IMG/VR virus record: IMGVR_UViG_3300021425_000072
Location: 1-41,030 of that record
Source: a virus
Lineage: Duplodnaviria > Caudoviricetes
Length of the DNA: 41,030 bases
Reading direction: 5' to 3' (one strand)
Position numbers and translations under genes: made by a program. Below are positions 25,280-32,937 of this stretch, piece by piece (position 1 is the first letter of the stretch; every line of letters begins with the position of its first letter). Under the pieces are notes generated by a model that saw only the letters and a list, made by a program, of their open reading frames with translations, ran no database searches and had not been told where the DNA came from.

Positions 25280-25710
25280 ACTGTAATATCTTTGACTCTA
25301 TGGGGTTGGTTCAAAACCCAATTTATAACTGAACAACAATAATCTATGTCCATCTTCTTAGCATCAATATCTTGTACTCTTGGAGAGTCAAAATATCCGA
25401 ATCTGATTATAGTTGTATTTATACCTTGATAGAACAGTTGCTCATTCGCTTTATCAAGAGCAAACTTTTCTATTTGGTATATATGGGGTTTATCCTTATC
25501 TTGATCAGGCGAGTTTGATCCTATGTTAATAATTCTTTTTCCAAGTTCTGCTGCTTCATACAACAGTTCTACCTGTTTGAATCCATCGTGTTTGCAGTTG
25601 ATAAACACTTCACATTCTTCAAGAGAACTGCAGTTCCCATAGTAGTCAGCAAGAGCAGATCCTAACCCTCTCCGTGTTCCAGTAATAAATTTTTTTTCAT
25701 TTTTTTTCAT
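25270..25710 (-). CDS. Minimal short-chain dehydrogenase/reductase-like protein
   Basis: ITGTRRGLG, FIN, IINIGS, YQIEK (YxxxK), IRFGYFDS; only 146 aa. Confidence 0.7.
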   Translation of the reverse strand: MKKNEKKFITGTRRGLGSALADYYGNCSSLEECEVFINCKHDGFKQVELLYEAAELGKRIINIGSNSPDQDKDKPHIYQIEKFALDKANEQLFYQGINTTIIRFGYFDSPRVQDIDAKKMDIDYCCSVINWVLNQPHRVKDITVCP

Positions 25711-25727
25711 TTTAATTGTTTTTTTTC

Positions 25728-25756
25728 TTTACTTCCTGCTAAAAGTATGATATAAT
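25728..25756 (+). promoter_or_regulatory. Early promoter
   Basis: TTTACT-N17-TATAAT, extended TG. Confidence 0.85.
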
Positions 25757-25784
25757 ATATAGGTAAACTAAAGAGAGAGAAAAA

Positions 25785-26078
25785 ATGAAATATACAGTTC
25801 ACCAAATTCGTAAAGATCGTAAATCTGAAAAAGAAGCAATGGATGCTAGATTCTTCGGTAAAGTCGATAAGTTGTTTTTCTTGACTGCTTATGATGAAGT
25901 CTGTACTATCGAAGCAGATGATCTTGATGAAGTATTCCAGATCGGTAACATCGGTCCAGAAGAAAAGATCGAGCGTTTAAATCGCATGCATTCAATCTCA
26001 GTTGGTGATGTTATCAGCAACGTGTATTGTGAGTGTTATGTAGTTAAAGATTTTGGTTTTGAAAGATTGGGAGCATAA
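25785..26078 (+). CDS. YodL-like early protein
   Basis: YTVHQ...LDEVF...N...HSISVGDVI...GF pattern. Confidence 0.55.
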   Translation: MKYTVHQIRKDRKSEKEAMDARFFGKVDKLFFLTAYDEVCTIEADDLDEVFQIGNIGPEEKIERLNRMHSISVGDVISNVYCECYVVKDFGFERLGA

Positions 26079-26080
26079 TT

Positions 26081-26266
26081 ATGAAAAAAGCAGAACACAT
26101 GATGTCATCAATGACTATGGGCAAACTCATCGCATACCAGAACGAGTATACTCGTCTATGCGAAAATACGAACCCATCAGCAGAATGCTTGGATCGTATC
26201 GGTCTACTCGAAATTATTTTTGAAAAAGTTGACTTGGGTAAAATTGGATTGATAGGGAGTGCATAA
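26081..26266 (+). CDS. Hypothetical early protein
   Basis: 61 aa ORF with GGAG RBS. Confidence 0.65.
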   Translation: MKKAEHMMSSMTMGKLIAYQNEYTRLCENTNPSAECLDRIGLLEIIFEKVDLGKIGLIGSA

Positions 26267-26455
26267 ATGAAAGACTATGCTTTTAAATATGGCGAACTGA
26301 AAGTCGCTGCTGAATTTCTTGCTCGCACGGCAAAAGAATCAGTTGAATATAACCCCAAGTTTCAAGACGGGACTGGGGTATATGAAAAACTTCTGATGAC
26401 TCAAGCAAATAGAATTTTAGATTTATTGGAAAATCATGAAACACCCAATCGCTAG
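26267..26455 (+). CDS. Hypothetical early protein
   Basis: 62 aa ORF with GGGAG RBS. Confidence 0.65.
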   Translation: MKDYAFKYGELKVAAEFLARTAKESVEYNPKFQDGTGVYEKLLMTQANRILDLLENHETPNR

Positions 26456-26708
26456 ATATTTGATGAGTGCTTATGCGTATTATGTTGAGGATACACCTCT
26501 CATCTCTGATATGGAGTTTGATAAACTTGCAAAATATATCAGGCATAATTACGATAAACTTGAGCACGTGCATAAACACCTCGTTACCATTGATGATCTA
26601 GAATCTGGTACTTACTTGGGTCAGTATCCCAATCGCGTAAAAAATGCGGTAAATCACTATCGTAAAACCATAAAGGGCACCACACCTTATGTGGATTGGG
26701 AAATATAA
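26436..26708 (+). CDS. Stand-alone protein resembling subdomain Ia of NAD-dependent DNA ligase
   Basis: AYYVEDTPLISDMEFDKL matches the YY...P.ISD.E(Y/F)D.L pattern. Confidence 0.65.
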   Translation: MKHPIARYLMSAYAYYVEDTPLISDMEFDKLAKYIRHNYDKLEHVHKHLVTIDDLESGTYLGQYPNRVKNAVNHYRKTIKGTTPYVDWEI

Positions 26709-26737
26709 AAAAAAATGAAATTAATTAAAAAAAAAGC

Positions 26738-26766
26738 TTTACTATTCCTGCAAAGTATGATATAAT
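26738..26766 (+). promoter_or_regulatory. Early promoter
   Basis: TTTACT-N17-TATAAT; shares AAAGTATGATATAATATAAGGGTAGA with the 4335 promoter. Confidence 0.85.
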
Positions 26767-26800
26767 ATAAGGGTAGAAAGTTTTGATTGAGGAGTTAAAA

Positions 26801-26971
26801 ATGAAAATCAAAGGTGCAATGAATATTTTGGAAAGACGTGCTGAGTTTTATGGTCAAACCGTTGAAACTCTAGTTGTGATGCTTGATAACGGATTTGATG
26901 AAATCTCACGAGTTATGGATGCATATAAAGTCTATAAATCATTTCATCTTAATAAGAAGGAGTTTGTATAA
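26801..26971 (+). CDS. Hypothetical early protein
   Basis: GAGGAG RBS; first gene after the promoter at 26738. Confidence 0.7.
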   Translation: MKIKGAMNILERRAEFYGQTVETLVVMLDNGFDEISRVMDAYKVYKSFHLNKKEFV

Positions 26972-27054
26972 TGCCGAACAGTATGGAAATGTTGTTTGCA
27001 GTAGTGATGACTGTGTTCTTCACTTTTATTTTAGTTTATTCGTTGATGATGTAA
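26971..27054 (+). CDS. 27 aa hydrophobic peptide (not in the ORF track)
   Basis: AAGGAG RBS, TAATG overlap; MPNSMEMLFAVVMTVFFTFILVYSLMM. Confidence 0.5.
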   Translation: MPNSMEMLFAVVMTVFFTFILVYSLMM

Positions 27055-27064
27055 GGAAAAGAAA

Positions 27065-28021
27065 ATGGCACATTTAGTTGAAACAATGGCATACGCAGGA
27101 GAAGTTCCATGGCACGGTCTTGGAGTTCCTGTATCAAATGATCTGACACCTGCTCAGATGCAACAAAAAGCAGGTCTTGATTGGGGTGTTCGCGAAGTCG
27201 AATCATTCGTAGAATTTGATGGTAAAAAAATGCCAACAGGTTTAAAATCTCTTGTCCGTGAAACTGACGGTAAGATCCTAACCAACGTTGGTGAGAACTG
27301 GAAACCTGTTCAAAACGATACAGCGTTTGAATTCTTTTCAGAGTATGTAATGCAGGGTGATATGGAAATGCACACTGCTGGTTCACTTCGTGATGGACGA
27401 ATGATCTGGGCACTTGCTAAAGTCAAGGACTCGTTTGAGTTGTTCAAGGGTGATCAGGTTGATTCCTATCTTCTGTTCTCAAACCCACATCAGTATGGTA
27501 AGACGATTGATATTCGTTTTACTCCTATTCGCGTTGTATGTAATAATACATTGACTCTATCGCTAGAGCAACGTGCCGAACGTTCTGTTCGTGTTGGTCA
27601 CCGTGCTGAGTTTGATCCTTCAATGGTCAAAGAGCAACTTGGTATTGCTACCGAAAAACTGCAAACATACAAAGAGATGGCACAGTTCCTCGGTTCAAAG
27701 AGATATTCTCAAGACAACGTTATTGAGTTTTTCAATACTGTTTTCCCACGTACTGCAGACAAACGTGTACAGGGTAAAGAATTGTCACTTGATACACTAT
27801 CTCGTAATGCACGTGGAGCATATGATGTTCTTGAGGTACAACCAGGAGCAAAGTATGCTGAGGGTTCTTGGTGGCAGGCATTTAATGCAGTCACTTATGT
27901 GACTGATCACTTACAGGGTAACAACGAAGACAATCGTTTGTACTCACAGTGGTTCGGTGGCAACCAAGTTCGTAAAGTAAATGCCTTAGAAAAGGCAGTA
28001 GAATATGCGGAGGTATCATAA
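27065..28021 (+). CDS. DUF932/DUF945-family phage/plasmid protein
   Basis: MAH.VETMAY.GEVPWHGLG, PVQN..AF.FF, TAGSL.DG, TPIRVVCNNTL. Confidence 0.9.
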   Translation: MAHLVETMAYAGEVPWHGLGVPVSNDLTPAQMQQKAGLDWGVREVESFVEFDGKKMPTGLKSLVRETDGKILTNVGENWKPVQNDTAFEFFSEYVMQGDMEMHTAGSLRDGRMIWALAKVKDSFELFKGDQVDSYLLFSNPHQYGKTIDIRFTPIRVVCNNTLTLSLEQRAERSVRVGHRAEFDPSMVKEQLGIATEKLQTYKEMAQFLGSKRYSQDNVIEFFNTVFPRTADKRVQGKELSLDTLSRNARGAYDVLEVQPGAKYAEGSWWQAFNAVTYVTDHLQGNNEDNRLYSQWFGGNQVRKVNALEKAVEYAEVS

Positions 28022-28401
28022 TGAAAAAGGTAATCGCAACAATCATGGTAATGGCAGCAACTCCTGCCATTGCCGAAACCACTCAGGATCACTACAAACA
28101 AGTTGTGGTTCAAACTCCATACACCATTCAGGTTTGTACGCAAGGCAATGGTAAATCTAACCTAAATAACTTTTTAGAAGGTGCTATCATTGGTGGAATT
28201 ATTGGTAACAATATTCCTGGTGAAAACGGTGGTGGTGCTTTGGGTGCCATTCTTGGTGGTGCTGTAAATACAGAAAACAACAAAGGCAACCAGTGTAGAA
28301 TGGAAACACGTTATGAAGAAGAATATAAAGAAGTCTATTCCCATAGCACTGTTACTTTTACTCACAATGGTCGCACATATAGTTTGAGGTTTAATAAATG
28401 A
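28021..28401 (+). CDS. Exported glycine-zipper protein
   Basis: Signal peptide; GAIIGGIIGN..GGALGAILGG. Confidence 0.75.
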   Translation: MKKVIATIMVMAATPAIAETTQDHYKQVVVQTPYTIQVCTQGNGKSNLNNFLEGAIIGGIIGNNIPGENGGGALGAILGGAVNTENNKGNQCRMETRYEEEYKEVYSHSTVTFTHNGRTYSLRFNK

Positions 28402-28598
28402 GTATGAGAAGTGTAGAAAGAGACGTTCGTGCAATGTCTCTTGGATTAGATGTTGTAAATGCTGAAATTGCACATTTAGAAAAAGCAAGACGTACAGATC
28501 GTGCTAGTAAAAAAAGACTATCACGTTTGCATGAAGCGAAAAGGCATCTAATCGAAAATCCAAAAGAATCACAGAAACTGATTGATAGGTTAAATTGA
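28398..28598 (+). CDS. Hypothetical protein
   Basis: 66 aa, ATGA overlap. Confidence 0.65.
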   Translation: MSMRSVERDVRAMSLGLDVVNAEIAHLEKARRTDRASKKRLSRLHEAKRHLIENPKESQKLIDRLN

Positions 28599-28762
28599 TG
28601 AAAGCACATAAACCTGAAATGATTGCCGCATGGGCACAACAAAATAAGATCGAAGGGTTTGAACAGTATGACCCCAAATGGCAAGAGAAGAATCGTATGC
28701 GTGCAATGAAATGGAGACTAAAGCAAGATGAGAGAAAAAACTCTGAAACTCAAAGAACATAG
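28598..28762 (+). CDS. Hypothetical protein (54 aa, not in the ORF track)
   Basis: TGATG overlap; MKAHKPEMIAAWAQQNKIEGFEQYDPKW... Confidence 0.6.
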   Translation: MKAHKPEMIAAWAQQNKIEGFEQYDPKWQEKNRMRAMKWRLKQDERKNSETQRT

Positions 28763-28790
28763 TATTAAACTTTTTAAGAAGGTAAAAAAA

Positions 28791-29228
28791 ATGGATCTAG
28801 GAAATCCCGTAATGACCGCACTTGTAGGACTTGTTATTTTCTACATTGGTCTCAAAACATTTTCAGGTGGCATGAAGTCTATGGGCAACATGGAACACCT
28901 CGCTTGGTTCACTGGTAATGTATTCTATATGTTTGCTGGTGGTATCATTATGACTCTACTCTGGCAATCATCATCTCTATCAACGACTGCAATTATTGCT
29001 CTTGTCGCATCAGGAGCGATACCATTACCTGCTGCTATTGCCGCAGTTTTAGGTGCTAACATAGGAACGACCGGAACTATCTGGTTGGCAGGTTTGCTTG
29101 TCTCGGATGGTATGCCGAAGGGCGATACTTTACGAATAGCAATGGCACATACTGGTGTCAATCTATTGATGGCAATGGCACTCCTACCATTCGTTGGGCG
29201 AATCGCCCAGTTCTTAGGACGATTTTAA
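28791..29228 (+). CDS. Na+/Pi cotransporter family (NptA/SLC34) single-repeat protein
   Basis: QSSS signature (LWQSSSLSTT) and GANIGTT; hydrophobic; probable start ATG 28791 after AAGG. Confidence 0.85.
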   Translation: MDLGNPVMTALVGLVIFYIGLKTFSGGMKSMGNMEHLAWFTGNVFYMFAGGIIMTLLWQSSSLSTTAIIALVASGAIPLPAAIAAVLGANIGTTGTIWLAGLLVSDGMPKGDTLRIAMAHTGVNLLMAMALLPFVGRIAQFLGRF

Positions 29229-29250
29229 GATCTCTACAATGCCAAGAAAA

Positions 29251-29273
29251 GCACCCTTCGGGGTGTTTTTTTT
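29251..29273 (+). terminator. Rho-independent terminator with C(UUCG)G tetraloop
   Basis: GCACCC-TTCG-GGGTGT followed by a T-run; preceded by an A-run, so possibly bidirectional. Confidence 0.9.
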
Positions 29274-29286
29274 GTTTACTTAAACA

Positions 29287-29294
29287 TATAAATA
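29287..29294 (+). promoter_or_regulatory. T4-type late promoter
   Basis: TATAAATA just after the terminator, heading the late gene block. Confidence 0.75.
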
Positions 29295-29332
29295 GGGTAA
29301 TATAATATAAACGAATCTAAAAAGGCAAAAAA

Positions 29333-30634
29333 ATGAAATCTCTAGTTTCTTTTATATCTGAAGGAAGTTTGACTCTTGGTGAAATCAACAAGTATGATTG
29401 GAGAATCAAACTCTTTATGCAAAAGTATAGCAATGGTGATCCATTTGAACTGACTGACGGTTCTTCTGGAATGATTGCTAAAAATACAGAACTAGAAGCA
29501 GTGATAAAAGCAGGAAAGCAACCACGTGGATTTAAGTTTGCACTCACCACTGGCAGAGAAATCAGTTTCAATGACATACTCAAATCAAAAGAATTTGGTG
29601 GAGGGACTTCAGGTTCTGGTGCTGGTGCAGCACAAACTGCTGCCGCAGAATCTGCTCAGTGCGTTTATGCTCAGTGCCTTTGGGATAATCCTAAAACGCT
29701 TTGGACCGAAGCAGAATTAAAGGCAGCATATACAAAAGTTGAAGTAGATACACCATTCGATGATATTATGAACTTATCAGAGGAATGGAGAGTATCTTCA
29801 ATTCTTGGAGCAAAAATACTCAAGCGAGGAATAGGTCGTAGAACCTATAAGTGGTATCGTGGCACTGGTGTTCAGTCTGATATGGAAGAACGTTTCAAGA
29901 CATTGAACACTGCCGCTGGTCGCCCATTCAATAATATTAATAAATGGACCCCTGCTGATATTTGGGTTCAAGCAACCGACTCTGCAGTGTACGACTGGGA
30001 TAGTTGTAAAACTTTGTCCTCACTAAATCAGATGCTCCTCAAAGCATATGCTGCTCGTGATGTCATGGGTATATCACTCAAAAAAATAGTGGGTAAAGCA
30101 AAGATTGTTCAAGTCAATTATAAAAAACCTTTCAAGTCTCCAGTGTTTACCAATGTTTCATTCGGAAAACGAGATTATTGGAAAGCAAAGGATGGATACC
30201 TAAACTTCAAAGGTGGTGAGATTCAGTTCAGAACCTTCCCAACTTTCCAAGCAGAAATCATTGGTGGTAAGGCAAAACACGGTAAAGTTTCTGGTGGTTC
30301 TGGTAGTGCTTCTTTGATGGGCAAGATGATGATCCAAGCAGGTGCTAATTCTATCGAAGATCAAAAAACTTTGGTGGCGATGTTCCGTAGGGATAGAGAT
30401 AAGTTTATGGCAAAGTGGTACGAAGCATATAATAAGTCACCAAACAAAGCAATGAAAAACGATGAGTTCTTAAAAGCAGCAGAAGGTAAAGACGATAATT
30501 GGTGTGTCTCAAAATATCTTGTAACAACACTTTTCAATAATATTAAAGGTAAAGAACAAGCATTCTTATCATTGATGTTTAGATATGCCTCTTCTGCCTC
30601 TCCCGATTCAGCAGTACACTTAAAGGTAAAATAA
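29333..30634 (+). CDS. Late protein with possible PD-(D/E)XK nuclease-like fold
   Basis: AES..C, WTPADIW...GISLKK; N-terminus MKSLVSFISE. Confidence 0.55.
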   Translation: MKSLVSFISEGSLTLGEINKYDWRIKLFMQKYSNGDPFELTDGSSGMIAKNTELEAVIKAGKQPRGFKFALTTGREISFNDILKSKEFGGGTSGSGAGAAQTAAAESAQCVYAQCLWDNPKTLWTEAELKAAYTKVEVDTPFDDIMNLSEEWRVSSILGAKILKRGIGRRTYKWYRGTGVQSDMEERFKTLNTAAGRPFNNINKWTPADIWVQATDSAVYDWDSCKTLSSLNQMLLKAYAARDVMGISLKKIVGKAKIVQVNYKKPFKSPVFTNVSFGKRDYWKAKDGYLNFKGGEIQFRTFPTFQAEIIGGKAKHGKVSGGSGSASLMGKMMIQAGANSIEDQKTLVAMFRRDRDKFMAKWYEAYNKSPNKAMKNDEFLKAAEGKDDNWCVSKYLVTTLFNNIKGKEQAFLSLMFRYASSASPDSAVHLKVK

Positions 30635-31335
30635 TGCCAGTTAATCAGTACATAGACAATGACGCAATTAATATCGCATCTGGTCGTGCAGTAAATCATA
30701 GGCATGTTCATAAGTTTGGATATAATCCTGATGCTAGTAATAATTATGAGGATATTTGGGCACAGGGTGGTCAGATTACTTTTGCTACAGCAGGTCATGT
30801 TGCCACTATCGCTAGTAATTTAGCAAATGCTGGTTCTGAAATCACCATTCAAGGACTGGACATAGATTATAATGAAATTGAAGAAGTGTTATTAATTGAT
30901 GGTTCGGGTAATGCCACTGGAACAAAACAGTTTCTTAGAATCAACCGTGCCTTTGTTTCAAACGATACTCCAACCGAAGCAGTCATGCGTATACAACTCA
31001 ATAGTGTGAATACTGCACGCATTGAAGTTGCCCATCAACAAACTATGCAAAACATTTATACAGTTCCAAAAGGTCATACTGCATATCTTCTTCAGTTAAG
31101 TGTTGGAATTCAATCAAAGGATAAAGATGGTGAGTTTAGACTTTATGTAAGAGAACATGGTGGTTCTTTCAGAACAAGAGACTTCTTAACTATGCAGACT
31201 AATTTTATAGAAAAGCACTATCCCATTCCATTAAAGTTTCCTGAAAAGACCGACATAAAGTTACAATGTAAACTTACTGGTGCTGATGCTGGTGTATCAG
31301 GAACTTTTGACTTAATATTGGTAAAAGGCAGATGA
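30634..31335 (+). CDS. Hypothetical beta-rich (probably virion) protein
   Basis: 233 aa, coupled; HKFGYN, FLRINRA, YTVPKG, FPEKTDI. Confidence 0.7.
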   Translation: MPVNQYIDNDAINIASGRAVNHRHVHKFGYNPDASNNYEDIWAQGGQITFATAGHVATIASNLANAGSEITIQGLDIDYNEIEEVLLIDGSGNATGTKQFLRINRAFVSNDTPTEAVMRIQLNSVNTARIEVAHQQTMQNIYTVPKGHTAYLLQLSVGIQSKDKDGEFRLYVREHGGSFRTRDFLTMQTNFIEKHYPIPLKFPEKTDIKLQCKLTGADAGVSGTFDLILVKGR

Positions 31336-32558
31336 GAGATTTTAACGAATTCATAACAGAACAAAAAAATACTCACATGACCCATATCGAGGACAAGGTT
31401 CTCTATGGGGGTGTAAACGGAACTAGAGAAGCGATCAATGCATTGAGGTCATTGCGCGATATGCTTGGAGGCGTGAAAGATGGTAGAGTTAGTGTTAAGT
31501 GGGACGGTGCTCCTGCTATCTTTGCTGGGACTGATCCTCGTGACGGGAAATTCTTCGTTGCTAAGAAAGGGATCTTTGCAAAGTCGCCGAAGGTATATAA
31601 AACTGACGAGGATATCGATGCTGACACTAGTGGCGATCTTGCTGACAAACTTAAACTTGCTCTTCAGCACCTTCCTTCAATAGGGATAAAAGGTATCATT
31701 CAGGGAGATTTTTTATTCTCATCTCCTGATGTAAAGACCGAAAAAATTAAGGGAGAGTCTTATGTCACGTTTCATCCGAATACGATTGTATATGCGATAC
31801 CTGCTGACCAAGATGCTGCCAAAGAAGTTAAAAAAGCAGAAATCGGTATCGTCTGGCACACCACGTATACAGGCACGTCATTTGAATCTCTAAAAGCATC
31901 ATATGGTGTAGATGTCAGCAAATTAAAGAAATCAAGCAAAGTATGGTCTCAAGATGCAATGTTACGCGATTTGACAAAAGTAACTATGTCAAAGGAGGAA
32001 ACAGATGAAGTTAATGCACTTCTTTCAGAAGCAGGTAAACTGTTCAATAAAATTAGTGGAACAACTCTTAGAGCACTTGAAGCGAATCAAGAACTTGCCC
32101 AACTCATTGAGCAATACAACAACACGTTTGTACGTCAAGGGTCAATCATTGGTAACACTAGGTCTCACACGAATGGTCTCGTTCGTTGGATCAATACTAA
32201 ATTTAAAAAAGAAATAGAAAAAAGAAAGTCTGATAAAGGTAAGGCGACTCAACAAAAGAAACTTGATGACCTCCTTGCATTTTTCTCAGCAGGAAATAAA
32301 CGTTCTTTAATCTCTATGTTTGACCTACAAAAGAAAATCGTATTAGCGAAACTGAAACTTATAAATAGTCTTAATAAACTATCAAAAGTCGACACCTTCT
32401 TGAAAACCACTAAAGGTTTCAAGGTAACTGGGGAAGAAGGTTATGTGGCAATTGATAGACTTGGTGGTGATGCAGTGAAAATTGTTGACCGTATGGAATT
32501 CTCATATGCCAACTTTTCACCCGATATATTAAAGGGATGGGATAAACCAGGAAGGTAG
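31332..32558 (+). CDS. Conserved T4-like protein with ATP-dependent ligase/covalent nucleotidyltransferase-like motifs
   Basis: KWDG (motif I), IQGD (III), EGYV (IV), VKIVDR (V). Confidence 0.65.
   Translation: MRDFNEFITEQKNTHMTHIEDKVLYGGVNGTREAINALRSLRDMLGGVKDGRVSVKWDGAPAIFAGTDPRDGKFFVAKKGIFAKSPKVYKTDEDIDADTSGDLADKLKLALQHLPSIGIKGIIQGDFLFSSPDVKTEKIKGESYVTFHPNTIVYAIPADQDAAKEVKKAEIGIVWHTTYTGTSFESLKASYGVDVSKLKKSSKVWSQDAMLRDLTKVTMSKEETDEVNALLSEAGKLFNKISGTTLRALEANQELAQLIEQYNNTFVRQGSIIGNTRSHTNGLVRWINTKFKKEIEKRKSDKGKATQQKKLDDLLAFFSAGNKRSLISMFDLQKKIVLAKLKLINSLNKLSKVDTFLKTTKGFKVTGEEGYVAIDRLGGDAVKIVDRMEFSYANFSPDILKGWDKPGR
32360..32367 (+). promoter_or_regulatory. Possible internal late promoter
   Basis: TATAAATA ~200 nt upstream of ORF 32563. 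Confidence 0.5.
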
Positions 32559-32562
32559 ACCG

Positions 32563-32937
32563 ATGGCAAAGATGTCATTCAAAGAATTCAATGCGCTTCA
32601 AGCAGAAGCACTTACCACCGCACAACGTATTCAACGTGGTCGGATGATGAAAAAGATCAAGCATAAAATTGCTCTTGGTCGTAAAAAAGCTGAAAGAAGA
32701 ACAGCAACTAAAGACACTCTTGAAAAAAGAGCACTTCGTCAAGCACGCACAAACATTTTCAAAAAACTCACCAAAGGCATCGATAAAGGTGAACTATCTT
32801 TCTCAAGGAGGCAAGAACTTGAGAAAAGACTCGGTTCTCCTACAATGAAACGTAAAATTGCAATGATTGCAAAACGTACATTTAAAGATGTTAGAAAAAA
32901 AGAAATTGAAAGAAAGCGTGCAAAGAGTGGCAATTAA
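32563..32937 (+). CDS. Highly basic hypothetical protein
   Basis: K/R-rich 124 aa; N-terminus MAKMSFKEF. Confidence 0.75.
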   Translation: MAKMSFKEFNALQAEALTTAQRIQRGRMMKKIKHKIALGRKKAERRTATKDTLEKRALRQARTNIFKKLTKGIDKGELSFSRRQELEKRLGSPTMKRKIAMIAKRTFKDVRKKEIERKRAKSGN

